64,000 nucleotides of DNA from Akkermansiaceae bacterium (GTDB lineage Bacteria; Verrucomicrobiota; Verrucomicrobiia; Verrucomicrobiales; Akkermansiaceae), in contig JBGCEE010000032.1 of the NCBI GenBank assembly GCA_045106015.1, forward strand, positions 1,668-65,667, in the 5' to 3' direction. Of this stretch, positions 17,623-27,843 are shown one piece after another. Below the pieces are notes generated by a model. It saw only the letters and a program-made list of their open reading frames with translations. It did not search any database and was not told where the DNA came from. Made by a program: the position numbers and the translations under genes. Position 1 is the first letter of the stretch, and each line of letters starts with the position of its first letter.

Positions 17623-20307
17623 TTATTTCAAGGCATCCAGCATCTCGCCGAGTTGTGAGAGCTTCGTTTTCCAGCTTTCAAGTCGCTCTTTTTCTTGAGC
17701 GACGACCTGTGGGGGGGCGCGGTCGACGAATGATGAATTACTGAGCTTACCTTCGGACTTTCTAACCTCGATCTGGATCTTCTCGATCTCTTTGGAAATT
17801 CTTGTTTTTTCGGCTTCGACGTCGACGAGTCCTTCCATTGGCATATAGGCTTCACCTCCCGGTGTTACCGCTGCGGGCGTCCCTTTGGGAGGATTGTAAG
17901 AATCATCTACGACAATCTCAGTAGCTCCGGCTAGAAGAGCTAAGACTTCAAGTTCACTCGATAAAAATTCAGCTGCTCCTTTGAAGATGAAGCGTACGTC
18001 TTTTCGAGAGGCGACGTTGTATTCTGCTTTCAGGTTACGGAGGCGGCCAGCGGATTCATAAACGGCTGTTGCTTGTTGGTCGGCCAGCTCGGTTTCTTTT
18101 TCGGAAAGCTCACCAAGCAATGAGGTTTCGGGGAGTGCCTTGCTCATCAGGAACTCACCCTTGGCCACGTAGTCCATACGTTCTGAGAGCTCTTCAGTTA
18201 CATGAGGCATGTATGGATGCAGGAGCTGTAAATAGCGGCTCATCACCGCATCGAATGTACCCAGAGCGGCAGCCCGCGCCTCTGGTGTGGCGGATTCGCG
18301 AAGGTCTGCTTTAACGGCCTCCAGCCACTTGTCGCAGAAGTCGTTCCAAAGGAATTCGTAGAGACGATGGGCGATTTCTCCGAAACGATATTCGCCGTAG
18401 ATATCTTCCAGATCAAAGGCGAGCCGGTCGAGTTTCGACATGACCTGGATGTGATAGACTGGAAGGGTTTTTACGTCGGGGAGTGGGGCGAACTCATTGC
18501 CATCCATCTGGCGGAAGCGGCAGGCGTTGTAGAGTTTGTTGGCGAAATTTCGGCCTTCTTCGACAGAGCTTTCGTCGAAACGCACGTCAGAGCCAATAGG
18601 TGCGATTCGCATGAGTCCAAAGCGCAGGCCATCGGCCCCGTATTTGTCCATGAGGTCGATGGGGTCTGGGGAGTTTCCGAGTGACTTGCTCATCTTGCGA
18701 CCTTTGAGGTCACGAATGATGGCGGTGAAATAGACATTCTTGAACGGCAGCTCGTCGGCGAAGCGATAGCCAGCCATGATCATACGAGCGACCCAGAAGA
18801 AAATAATATCCGGGCCTGTTACGAGATCCGTAGTAGGATAAAATTTCTTCAGAAATTGGGATTCTTCACCGACATCTGACATGGTTGCGAACGGCCAGAG
18901 CCATGATGAGAACCATGTATCCATCACATCTTCATCTCGCTCCCATTCGCCTTCGGATGGAGCTTCGATTCCAACATAAATATCTCCGCATTCAGCATCT
19001 TTGGTCTCTAAAGACTCAGCGTTTTTCAATGCATCCAGTTTGTCTTTTCGATACCAAACAGGGATTTGATGACCCCACCAGAGCTGACGGCTGATGCACC
19101 AGTCTTGGAGGTTTTCCATCCAATGCGCATAGGTCTTTGACCAGCGTGCAGGGCGGAAGGTGATATCTCCAGAAGCGACGGCTTCTGTGGACTTTTCAAT
19201 TTCTGGGTAACGCAGGAACCACTGCATGGATATTCTTGGTTCGATGGGAACACCGGCGCGTTCCGAGTAACCGACGTTGTTATCGTATTCTTCGACTCCC
19301 ACCAGCAGGCCCATTTCTTCAAGTTTTGCGGCGGCCTTCCGACGTGCAACAAATCGGTCGAGGCCATCGAATTCAGGAAGATCCGGCGTATTCATATTCC
19401 CGTCTGGGTGCAATACGTCGATGATTTCGAGGTCGTGTTTCATACCAACCTCGAAGTCGACTTTGTCGTGGGCAGGAGTGATTTTGAGAGCACCGGTTCC
19501 AAATTCTAGATCCACGGCCTCGTCGCCGATGACAGGGATTTCCGCTTCTGGGAATGGGCGCTTGACCACTTTTCCAATCCACTTCGCGTATTTTGGATGT
19601 TTCGGATGCACCGCCACGGCGGTATCTCCCATGAGTGTTTCAGGCCGGGTGGTGGAAATTTCGATGAATTCGCCGGGACTGTCAGCGAGTTCGTATTTCA
19701 TGGTAAAAAGCTTCGATTTGGAAGGTTTCATGATCACCTCTTCGTCAGAAAGTGCGGTGAGTGAAACCGGACACCAGTTGACCATGCGTTTGCCCCGGTA
19801 GATCAGACCTTCGTTAAAGAGGTCGACGAAGACTTGGCTGACCCATTTGGTGTAGGCCTCATCCATCGTGAAGCGCTCGCGTGACCAGTCGCAGGAGCAG
19901 CCGAGGCGTTTGAGCTGTTTGATGATAATGTCGCCGTGCTTGTCTTTGAAATCCCAGACTAGCTTGAGAAACTCCTCGCGACCAAGATCGCGGCGCGTTT
20001 TCCCTTCCTTCTCACGGAGTTCTCGCTCGACCTTTGCTTGGGTTGCAATTCCTGCGTGATCCGTGCCGGGCAGCCAGAGAACCTCTTTGCCTTTTTGTCT
20101 CGCTCGCCGCGCAAGAATATCCTGAATGGAATTGTTCAGAACGTGCCCGAGATGAAGAATGCCGGTGACATTGGGCGGCGGAATGACGATGGAATAAGCT
20201 TCCTTATCGGATTGCTCGTCTGCGCGGAAACAACCGGCTTCCTGCCATGCGGCATACCATTTCTTTTCCACATCTTGTGGTTCATACGCTTTCGCTAGCT
20301 CAGACAT
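17623..20307 (-). CDS. valS: Valine--tRNA ligase
   Basis: PPPNVTGILHLGH (HIGH-like), DWCISRQLWWGHQIP, KMSKSLGN and a C-terminal coiled coil. Likely start MSELAKAYEP at 20307. Confidence 0.98.
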   Translation of the reverse strand: MSELAKAYEPQDVEKKWYAAWQEAGCFRADEQSDKEAYSIVIPPPNVTGILHLGHVLNNSIQDILARRARQKGKEVLWLPGTDHAGIATQAKVERELREKEGKTRRDLGREEFLKLVWDFKDKHGDIIIKQLKRLGCSCDWSRERFTMDEAYTKWVSQVFVDLFNEGLIYRGKRMVNWCPVSLTALSDEEVIMKPSKSKLFTMKYELADSPGEFIEISTTRPETLMGDTAVAVHPKHPKYAKWIGKVVKRPFPEAEIPVIGDEAVDLEFGTGALKITPAHDKVDFEVGMKHDLEIIDVLHPDGNMNTPDLPEFDGLDRFVARRKAAAKLEEMGLLVGVEEYDNNVGYSERAGVPIEPRISMQWFLRYPEIEKSTEAVASGDITFRPARWSKTYAHWMENLQDWCISRQLWWGHQIPVWYRKDKLDALKNAESLETKDAECGDIYVGIEAPSEGEWERDEDVMDTWFSSWLWPFATMSDVGEESQFLKKFYPTTDLVTGPDIIFFWVARMIMAGYRFADELPFKNVYFTAIIRDLKGRKMSKSLGNSPDPIDLMDKYGADGLRFGLMRIAPIGSDVRFDESSVEEGRNFANKLYNACRFRQMDGNEFAPLPDVKTLPVYHIQVMSKLDRLAFDLEDIYGEYRFGEIAHRLYEFLWNDFCDKWLEAVKADLRESATPEARAAALGTFDAVMSRYLQLLHPYMPHVTEELSERMDYVAKGEFLMSKALPETSLLGELSEKETELADQQATAVYESAGRLRNLKAEYNVASRKDVRFIFKGAAEFLSSELEVLALLAGATEIVVDDSYNPPKGTPAAVTPGGEAYMPMEGLVDVEAEKTRISKEIEKIQIEVRKSEGKLSNSSFVDRAPPQVVAQEKERLESWKTKLSQLGEMLDALK

Positions 20308-20396
20308 CGGGCGCGGACTTTCAAGCAGGCAAAGGGATTTGTCCAGCTTGGACGCAACAAGGAATCTGGGTCCAGCTGCAATACTCTCCATACGTT

Positions 20397-20529
20397 TAGA
20401 CCGGTTTCCAAATGGCCTTGCCGAAATCGAGTGGATTTTTTGGGGTTCGAAGAAATTGGCTACGCGATGTCAGGTACCGTTTCGGGCGGACGAAGCCAAT
20501 ATCGGCAATTCCATCCGCAATACGGTCTA
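20397..20529. mobile_element. MITE-like dispersed repeat, copy 1
   Basis: 20397-20505 matches 59846-59954 at 105/109 nt. Perfect 7-bp terminal inverted repeat TAGACCG (20397) / CGGTCTA (20523-20529). No transposase ORF. Confidence 0.7.
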
Positions 20530-20710
20530 TATCTCAGCAATGGATTAGAGAGAGGTTTGTGCGAATCGGACTTCGCGTGGAACTGAACAATATGCAGGGG
20601 AGAGCGCTGAGCGGGTTGGCTAGGGTTTTGTAACGGAAATCTTTTCGAGGTGTGTTTTGATTCCACTTATGAATTGAATGGTGGGACGAATGCGGCACCT
20701 TTGAGGGGAA

Positions 20711-22216
20711 ATGAAACAAACCTTTCTCGCTCTATTCCTTTCCTCGGTGATTCATGCTGCGGAGAAACCTCGTAATGTTGTGTTCATACTCGTTGATGAT
20801 CTAGGGGTGACCGACATTGATATCGACGGTTCGGACCCGTTTTACGAGACGCCTAATCTTGAGAAGTTCGCAAAGACAGCGGTGAATTTTGCCAATGGCT
20901 ATGCGAGTTGTCCGGTTTGTTCGCCGACTCGATCTGCGATCATGACGGGCCGTAACCCAGCGAGAACGGATAATACGAATTTCTTCGGTGCACCGAATCA
21001 ATTCCTCGACGCCATTCCCGAGGACTACGATCCACTCAAAAATTTCATCAAGCCGGGTAAGAAGGGGCCACGGAGGGCTAAATATCCGTTTTGGCCGGCA
21101 CCGTATTTAGGGAGGCTTCCGGATGGCACGACGACGCTAGCCCAGGCTCTGAAAAGCAATGGCTACGCGACCTTCTTTGCCGGGAAGTGGCATCTTGGCC
21201 AAAAAGGCAACTACCCTCAGGACCACGGCTTCGATGTCAACATAGGTGGGCAGAGCGGCGGAGGGCCTTACGGCGGCAAAAAGTATTTTTCACCATATGG
21301 AAATGATCAAATCGAGGATGGCCCCGACGGAGAGCACCTCACCGAGCGCTTGGGACGGGAGACGGCAAATTTCATCAAGGCGAATAAAGATAAACCCTTT
21401 CTGGCCTATCTCTCTTTCTACTCCGTTCATACGCCCCTGATGGCGCCAGAGAAACTGGTGAAGAAATTTCAGGCGAAACGCAAGAAGCTCGGACTGGAGG
21501 ACGAGTTCTCACCGGAGCCACCGCGCAAGAATCGCACGATTCATTCGCATGCCATTTATGCAGCGATGCTGGAGTCCATGGACGCTGCCTGTGGGCAAGT
21601 ATTTGATACGCTCGAAGCTGAAGGCTTGATCGATAATACCCTTGTGATCTTCACGTCTGACAACGGAGGACTTTCAACATCCGAAGGTTCGCCGACTTCC
21701 AATCTTCCCTATCGCGCTGGTAAAGGCTGGCTTTATGAAGGTGGCATCCGTGTCCCTGTGCTAGTCAGAAATCCTGCTACAGGTCATGGCGGGACGGTCA
21801 CTCAGCAGCCTGTTTATTCGACCGACTATTATCCAACGATTCTCGAAGCAACCGGCCTTTCTCAGTTACCGGAGCAACATATGGACGGGACGTCGTTTCT
21901 TGCCCATTTAAAAGACCCCGCAACAGCAGCGAGCGATCGTCCGCTTTTCTGGCACTACCCGCATTGGGGAAATCAGGGAGGGAGCCCCGGGACGGCGGTC
22001 CGCAAGGGTAAATGGAAATTGATCCGTTGGCACTGGCCAGAGCGCACCGAGCTTTTCGATCTCGAGGCGGATCCAGGCGAGCTCAAAGATCTTTTCGCAG
22101 ATGAGTCGGAAGTTGCATCTGAGCTTGGCAAACTCATCGATTCGTTTCTTGAAAAAACAAATGCCCGCCCACCGCATCGCAATCCGGACTTCAATGGGAA
22201 ATTTCCCAAATGGTAA
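20711..22216 (+). CDS. Sulfatase (Cys-type formylglycine-dependent)
   Basis: Signal peptide, RNVVFILVDDLG, CSPTRSAIMTGR, GKWHLG, TSDNGG, YEGGIRVP. Confidence 0.95.
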   Translation: MKQTFLALFLSSVIHAAEKPRNVVFILVDDLGVTDIDIDGSDPFYETPNLEKFAKTAVNFANGYASCPVCSPTRSAIMTGRNPARTDNTNFFGAPNQFLDAIPEDYDPLKNFIKPGKKGPRRAKYPFWPAPYLGRLPDGTTTLAQALKSNGYATFFAGKWHLGQKGNYPQDHGFDVNIGGQSGGGPYGGKKYFSPYGNDQIEDGPDGEHLTERLGRETANFIKANKDKPFLAYLSFYSVHTPLMAPEKLVKKFQAKRKKLGLEDEFSPEPPRKNRTIHSHAIYAAMLESMDAACGQVFDTLEAEGLIDNTLVIFTSDNGGLSTSEGSPTSNLPYRAGKGWLYEGGIRVPVLVRNPATGHGGTVTQQPVYSTDYYPTILEATGLSQLPEQHMDGTSFLAHLKDPATAASDRPLFWHYPHWGNQGGSPGTAVRKGKWKLIRWHWPERTELFDLEADPGELKDLFADESEVASELGKLIDSFLEKTNARPPHRNPDFNGKFPKW

Positions 22217-22271
22217 GCCATCTCTGGAAAGCCGGATTGACTTGCTGGGGTGAGATTACAATCTTGCTTCC

Positions 22272-22637
22272 GTGATTAAAAAACTCCTCTTAGCCATTTT
22301 TATGTCCACTTCATCCATGTCCCAAGCCGGCGGCGAGTTTCGCCACGTCGTGATGTTTCAATTCAAAGAATCCGCCACCGCCGAGCAGGTGAAGTCAGTT
22401 GAAAAAGCCTTCGGCGAGCTTCCTTCGAAGATCGATACAATTGTCGATTACGAGTGGGGAACCTCGGAAAGTGTCGAAGGAAAGAACGATGGATTCACTC
22501 ATTGCTTCTTTGTGACTTTCAAGGACAAGGCGGGGCTTGAAGTCTACATTCCGCACCCTGCACATGTGAAATTCAAGGAGGTGCTGATTCCGATTTTGGA
22601 AAAAGCAATGGTCTTCGATTACACCGCCAAGCCCTAG
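22272..22637 (+). CDS. Dabb family (stress-responsive A/B barrel) protein
   Basis: FRHVVMFQFK, EWGT..S.EG...GFTHCF.VTF, Y.PHPAH..F, VFDY. Confidence 0.92.
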   Translation: MIKKLLLAIFMSTSSMSQAGGEFRHVVMFQFKESATAEQVKSVEKAFGELPSKIDTIVDYEWGTSESVEGKNDGFTHCFFVTFKDKAGLEVYIPHPAHVKFKEVLIPILEKAMVFDYTAKP

Positions 22638-22640
22638 TGC

Positions 22641-22666
22641 TTTCGATCGGCTTCAATGGATCGAAA
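22641..22666 (+). terminator. Putative intrinsic terminator
   Basis: TTTCGATC / GATCGAAA 8-bp stem, 10-nt loop, followed by ACTTTT, right after the Dabb stop. Confidence 0.45.
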
Positions 22667-22863
22667 ACTTTTAGCCTAAAATTTTCATTGAAGGTTGCGT
22701 TTCTTCAAGATGGGGTTTCCTTGATGGCCGCACTTTCAGGCGACTCCAGAACAAACTTAACAAATACGTCCTAAATTTTTTGCATTTTTCAAAAATCTTC
22801 CTTGCCGCCGTCCATCTAATTTCCACACTCATCAACAATACCGAGAGCAACCTTAAAACCTCA

Positions 22864-23640
22864 ATGATTCATAAATTCAGAACCCGCCCACGTCACACTG
22901 TTTCCGCGACCCTCCTAGCGACTTTTCTAGCGACTCCACAAATTTTCGCTCAAGAAAAAGAAGCCACACTCCTCGATCGCTGGGTTCTTGATGGTGGATA
23001 TACGATGATTTTCATCGGTATTGCCGTTGTCGCTTTCATTGGTCTCGCAGTTTACAACTTCATGTCATTGAGCAAAGCGAAGTTCTGCCCAGCTGATCTC
23101 CAAGCTGCTCTCATGGAGCACATGGCTGCCTGTCGCGTCCGTTCGGCAATCGAGCTTGCCGCTTCGCATCCATCCTACCTCGGCCGTCTCGTTGCCTACT
23201 CATTCCCGAACATCGACGCCACCCAGCCGGAAGATCTCGGTCGCGACAAAGTGGAAGACGCGATCGCCGACTTCACCAACACAGAATCCCGCAAGAGTAT
23301 GCAGTGGATCAATTACATCTCCTTGATCGCTCAGGCCTCTCCGATGCTGGGACTGACTGGAACCGTTATCGGTATGGTCAACGCGTTCGGAACCTTGAAA
23401 ACTGCAGGTTCTGCAGATCCCTCCGCGCTGGCGGGTGATATCTCCGTGGCTCTCTTGACCACCCTTTGGGGACTGATCAACGCCATCCCCTGTATTCTCA
23501 CCTACTTCATTCTCAAAAATAAGTACAACGCTCTCGTCGCTGAATCCATTCATGCTGCTGAGGAAATGCTCAATGCAGCCGTAGCAACCGTGAACGCCGA
23601 TACACTTTACGCCAAGATTCCTGAAGGGATCGACGTTTAG
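22864..23640 (+). CDS. exbB: MotA/TolQ/ExbB proton channel family protein
   Basis: QASPMLGLTGTVIGMVNAFG and LAGDISVALLTTLWGL. N-terminal signal peptide. The symbol denotes the family only. Confidence 0.92.
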   Translation: MIHKFRTRPRHTVSATLLATFLATPQIFAQEKEATLLDRWVLDGGYTMIFIGIAVVAFIGLAVYNFMSLSKAKFCPADLQAALMEHMAACRVRSAIELAASHPSYLGRLVAYSFPNIDATQPEDLGRDKVEDAIADFTNTESRKSMQWINYISLIAQASPMLGLTGTVIGMVNAFGTLKTAGSADPSALAGDISVALLTTLWGLINAIPCILTYFILKNKYNALVAESIHAAEEMLNAAVATVNADTLYAKIPEGIDV

Positions 23641-23662
23641 GCCTAAGGAACGCTCAACTGGT

Positions 23663-23681
23663 TGGCGCGGCTCTCGCGCCA
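23663..23681 (+). other. Intercistronic stem-loop between exbB and exbD1
   Basis: TGGCGCG-GCTCT-CGCGCCA, a perfect 7-bp GC-rich stem with no U tract. Confidence 0.55.
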
Positions 23682-23718
23682 CCATCCCGTTTCCTGAAAA
23701 CCTTCTAACAAAACTCCA

Positions 23719-24183
23719 ATGGCAGCCAACAAGCTCAGAAAATCCCGCGCGATCGAAGATGATGATGCGAAGGTCGACATGTCGCCAATGATCGACATGG
23801 TCTTCCTGCTTCTCATTTTCTTCATCGTCAACGCGACGGCAATCATCGTGAAGACGGACCCAAAGGTCCTTCCTCCCGTGGCGAAGAATTCGCTCAAGCA
23901 GAAGGACGGTCGCGGTCGCATCGTGGTGAACATTCGTAAGGACGGTGAATTCACGAATGAGAATTTCGAGATTCTAGAAGCAGGAGAGTCGGACATCTTC
24001 GATCTTGTGAAGAAGCAGAAAGAAGAAATCGACGCGCTTGGTGTTACTCCGAAGCTTCACCTTCGTGGAGACCAAGATGCTGTTTTCAAATATTCACGTA
24101 CCGCGATTCGCGCTGCCGCTGCGGCAGGTGTCGATCAGGTCGTCTTTGCCGTTTATCAGACCCACAAGGGCCTGAAGAAATAA
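23719..24183 (+). CDS. exbD: ExbD/TolR family protein (first copy)
   Basis: DMSPMIDMVFLLLIFFIV with the conserved TM Asp. C-terminal LHLRGD. Confidence 0.92.
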   Translation: MAANKLRKSRAIEDDDAKVDMSPMIDMVFLLLIFFIVNATAIIVKTDPKVLPPVAKNSLKQKDGRGRIVVNIRKDGEFTNENFEILEAGESDIFDLVKKQKEEIDALGVTPKLHLRGDQDAVFKYSRTAIRAAAAAGVDQVVFAVYQTHKGLKK

Positions 24184-24207
24184 TTAAACCCCAGCTAAAA
24201 TTCCCAC

Positions 24208-24669
24208 ATGGCACGCCATAAGAAATCCGTCAGTGAGCCGGAACCAGATCCAGATCTTGATATCTCGTCTCTCATTGACGTTTGTTTCCTCCTTCTGATC
24301 TATTTCCTCGTCACCTCTACGATCACGCCCCGCGAGCAAGATCTTGGAATGGCCTTACCTGCGAGCACGCCAAGTGACGAGCAGCCAAAGATTGAACCGA
24401 TGTTCATCAAAGTGGAGGCAAGCGGCCAGATTTTCACCGGAACGGGTCCAAGCCAACAAGCGATGGATTCCGATGGCAGCGTGCGTGACCTGCCGTTGCT
24501 CTCCAGTCAGTTGGAACTTTACTCTGCTGCTGCCAAGAGCGCCGGTAGCAATCCCTTGGTTCAAATTTATGTGGACCCCGGCTCAACCCAACAACGAGTG
24601 ATCGATGTTCTCAACGCACTTGCCGGAGTGAAAATCACCTCGGTCACCTTCACCGACCTGCTCGAGTGA
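24208..24669 (+). CDS. exbD: ExbD/TolR family protein (second copy)
   Basis: DISSLIDVCFLLLIYFLVTS, then VQIYVDP..TQQRVIDVLNALAG. Confidence 0.92.
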   Translation: MARHKKSVSEPEPDPDLDISSLIDVCFLLLIYFLVTSTITPREQDLGMALPASTPSDEQPKIEPMFIKVEASGQIFTGTGPSQQAMDSDGSVRDLPLLSSQLELYSAAAKSAGSNPLVQIYVDPGSTQQRVIDVLNALAGVKITSVTFTDLLE

Positions 24670-24700
24670 GGCTTTTCCGCACAACACGCACCTAAGAAAT

Positions 24701-24753
24701 TGCGCCGCTGAACGTTCCCTACTTGCGGGGCTCATCAGATGGCGTATTTTTTT
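24701..24753 (+). terminator. Terminator-like multi-stem hairpin between exbD2 and the TPR gene
   Basis: TGCGCC/GGCGTA, CTGA/TCAG and CCC/GGG nested stems followed by A and seven T (24747-24753). Confidence 0.45.
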
Positions 24754-24822
24754 AAAAATTTAAACAAATCACCCATCTTCTCGACTCTCTAAAAAGAACC
24801 CCCCCCTTTTGAAACATCTGCC

Positions 24823-27813
24823 ATGAAAAAACTCCTTCCAATCATTGCCTGTCTTTCTCTTGCGACACCGCTTGTCGCTCAAGATGATCTAGGAACCGTC
24901 GTCAACAAAGCGCTTGCCGCTATGAACGAGGGCAACTGGAAAGAAGCTGCCAGACTCAACACCAGCGCCGTCACACGCTTTGGTAAAAACCCGAAGATGG
25001 CGTTGAACCTCTACGGGCCTCAGTTCGGCGTCATTCTTTACCGCAAGGGCGTCTGCGAAATGAAGCTCGGTGAGTTTGAAAAGGCGATGAAGTCCTTTGA
25101 AACGTGTTACAAGGAATTCCCAAACGACAAGAAATCGGGAGGTGGTAACAACTTCAACAAGATGGCGCTATTGAAATGGGGTGAAGCGGCCATGGGTGCA
25201 GGTGAATACGAATTAGCAATCAAGCAGTGGAAGAAGTTTCTCCAAGAGCGTGACAAAACCCGCGACAAGTATCCGCAGGGTGCCTTCCATGTGAATATGG
25301 CCATTTGTCTCTACAACCTGGGCAAACTTCCTGAGGGAAATGAGCACCTTGAGATCGCCATCAAAAACAAACTGACTTTCCCAACTCCGAATGCTGCGAT
25401 CATCTCCGGCTTTCAGACCCTCGTGGATGCATCGATCGGTGCGAAGGATGAGCAGGCCCTTTTGGATTTTGTGAAAAAGAACCGCGGCGCGCTAATCGTT
25501 TCGCCTTTCGAAATGCAGCGCTTCTCCAAAGTTTTCATGAAACTCGCAGGCGATGCGATTGGAGCGAAGATGCCGAAGACGGCCATGACTCTTTATCAGT
25601 TTGTGCCATCGACCAACGTGGCGATCAATGACCTAGAAGTTCGCATTGCGAGCATGGGTGCCTTGGCGAAAATCACGGATGGACCTTATCGTCTTAGCAA
25701 ACCGCAACTCGAAGCAGAGCTGAAAGCTCTCAAAGAGGAGCAAGCCGGCAACAAAGCGATCGAAATGATCAAACTCGCCGGTGTTGCCTACCTGCACGAA
25801 AGCAATGGCAACGTAATCGGAGCGTATGCATCCTACAAACAGCTTGAAAATTTCTACCCAAAAGCTGAAAAGCGTGAGGATAATCTCTATCATCTCGTCC
25901 GCACCTCTTCCATCCTAGGCAAGGTTCCTGTCACTCAAAAATACGGGGAGCTCTTCCTCAGTGAGTATCCGGATTCGAATTATAAGAACCAAGTTCAGCA
26001 ACTCATGCTTTCGGCCCTTTTCTTCAAGGGTGAATACGAACTCTCCATTGAGATTGCCGCCGATCTCATCAATAACAATAAAGTTGCCGAAGGAACCAAG
26101 GAACACGACCTTGCGCTGTTTGTCCTTGGCGGTTCCTATTTCTACACGGGTCAATACGACAAAGCCACGCCACATATCGACAAGCATCTTGAAATCTATC
26201 CGGAAAGTGACTTTGCGATGCCAGCGATGTATTTCCGTGGTGCGAATGCCTCTCGGCTCCAATACTGGACGAAAGCCGCTCGCTTGCTCGATGAGTTTAT
26301 TGGGAAATACAATGATAGCGACGATCAATCCTACATGCCGCTCGCTCTTTTTGATCGAGCTACCGCGCATTTCACTGAGGAAGAATTTGAAGGAGCTCTT
26401 GCGAAGTTAGAGCAAGTCATCACCCGCTTTCCAGATTCTCCGGTTTTGGATCAAGCCTACAACCTTAAGGGAAATGTGCTTCAGAGTGAGGGTGACAAGG
26501 AAGGGGCTGAAGAGGCTTACCTCAAAGCGCTTGAAATAGCTGAATCACGGAACAACGACGGAGTGTCTTCAGAAGCTCTCTATTATCTTGTTGGTTTGTT
26601 GGGTGAGCAGAAGAAAGGCGATGATCCGAACCCTCGCCTCAAAGATGCTGTGCCTTTTGCCGACAAATATTGGGAGGAATACTCCGCCGGCTCTCCGTAT
26701 AACGCCCAAGTCGCCGTCGCCCAGGTACGTGCCATGTATGCTGTGAATCGGGGACCAGAAGCCTTGGAGCGCTTGCAGAAAGTGATTTCCACCATGGCAA
26801 AACTTCCGGAGGCCGTGGGCTTAGAAGAAGCGATCAATTCCTACACAGAGGTCTATCTGGAGACAAACTCGCCAGATGAGCTCAAGGAGCACTACTACAA
26901 CTTTCCTGGGATCAGTATCCAAGACAAAGCAGCCCGTGCGCTCCTTCGCATTGCCATTATTGGTGTGTTTGAAGGAGTCGGTGAGCAATCCGAAGATGAG
27001 GATCAAACGCGTGCAGCCAAAGCAATGATTACGGTTCTTTTCCAAGAGTTGAAAAGGGATTTCGATCTGAAAGATCTTTCCACCTATATTCTTGTGAAGC
27101 TCGGCGATTATCTTCGCAGCAATACCGCGACACCTCTTGAGGCGTTGCCCTATTATGTCGAGGCAGTTTCGCGTCAGGACAATACCTACCAGTTCGCTGC
27201 CCTTCTCGGACGGGCCGATGTTTACGGAAATTCCTCGAAAAATGAAGATCTTGCGAGAGCGGTTGAGGACTTTGAACGAATTTTTGCGGATTCAGACGAC
27301 AAGGGCCAACGCGACTTCGCTCTTTACCGCATTGTTGAGATTCTAATGAAGAAGGGCGACTACGCGGAATCTGCCAAACGTGCGAATGAGTATCTCAACC
27401 GCGACGAGAAATCCGGACCCACTCACGGCTTCAACAAATACTCACCTGAAGTCGGCCTGATGTTGGCGCAATCCTTCGAGAAGAGAAAGAAGGTGGACGA
27501 TGCCATCGCCATGTATGTCAAAGTATGGTCGGCTCACATGGGCTACATTCCGATCTCCGCTACAGCTATTCTTTCTTGGATGGAGCTTCAGTCCAACCGA
27601 AATAGGAAGTCAGAAGATGCGAACATTCCATCCGACCGCCAAGGCGCATACGAAGGAGGTTACCGTTACCTTGAACTGACCGGGCGCTTTAAGGACAAGA
27701 TGAGCCAAGAGGAAGTCGCTCTCTGGGAGAAGGTCGAGAAATTCACCAATAAATTGGTGGCGGATCCGAACGTCAAATCCATGGAACAAATTGAGAAGGA
27801 GAAAGAGAAATAA
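24823..27813 (+). CDS. Large secreted tetratricopeptide-repeat protein (996 aa)
   Basis: Signal peptide (LVA/QD). Many TPR-like helix pairs, e.g. ALFVLGGSYFYTGQYDKA and AYNLKGNVLQSEGDKEGAEEAY. Confidence 0.88.
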   Translation: MKKLLPIIACLSLATPLVAQDDLGTVVNKALAAMNEGNWKEAARLNTSAVTRFGKNPKMALNLYGPQFGVILYRKGVCEMKLGEFEKAMKSFETCYKEFPNDKKSGGGNNFNKMALLKWGEAAMGAGEYELAIKQWKKFLQERDKTRDKYPQGAFHVNMAICLYNLGKLPEGNEHLEIAIKNKLTFPTPNAAIISGFQTLVDASIGAKDEQALLDFVKKNRGALIVSPFEMQRFSKVFMKLAGDAIGAKMPKTAMTLYQFVPSTNVAINDLEVRIASMGALAKITDGPYRLSKPQLEAELKALKEEQAGNKAIEMIKLAGVAYLHESNGNVIGAYASYKQLENFYPKAEKREDNLYHLVRTSSILGKVPVTQKYGELFLSEYPDSNYKNQVQQLMLSALFFKGEYELSIEIAADLINNNKVAEGTKEHDLALFVLGGSYFYTGQYDKATPHIDKHLEIYPESDFAMPAMYFRGANASRLQYWTKAARLLDEFIGKYNDSDDQSYMPLALFDRATAHFTEEEFEGALAKLEQVITRFPDSPVLDQAYNLKGNVLQSEGDKEGAEEAYLKALEIAESRNNDGVSSEALYYLVGLLGEQKKGDDPNPRLKDAVPFADKYWEEYSAGSPYNAQVAVAQVRAMYAVNRGPEALERLQKVISTMAKLPEAVGLEEAINSYTEVYLETNSPDELKEHYYNFPGISIQDKAARALLRIAIIGVFEGVGEQSEDEDQTRAAKAMITVLFQELKRDFDLKDLSTYILVKLGDYLRSNTATPLEALPYYVEAVSRQDNTYQFAALLGRADVYGNSSKNEDLARAVEDFERIFADSDDKGQRDFALYRIVEILMKKGDYAESAKRANEYLNRDEKSGPTHGFNKYSPEVGLMLAQSFEKRKKVDDAIAMYVKVWSAHMGYIPISATAILSWMELQSNRNRKSEDANIPSDRQGAYEGGYRYLELTGRFKDKMSQEEVALWEKVEKFTNKLVADPNVKSMEQIEKEKEK

Positions 27814-27843
27814 ACCAAATCCTCCCTATATCTGAACCTTTCA

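Noticed and set aside
20308-20505. T-box or aminoacyl-tRNA-synthetase leader upstream of valS
   Set aside because: No T-box consensus seen, and the same sequence occurs upstream of an unrelated gene at 59.8 kb.
20339-20548. ORFs 20339-20548 and 59641-60081 sharing DRFPNGLAEIEWIFWG as a duplicated protein domain
   Set aside because: The similarity is confined to the DNA repeat. The second ORF overlaps real genes on the opposite strand, so it is better explained as a non-coding element.
22237-22262. Sigma70 promoter TTGACT...TACAAT for the Dabb gene
   Set aside because: The spacer is only 14 nt, outside the usual 16-18.
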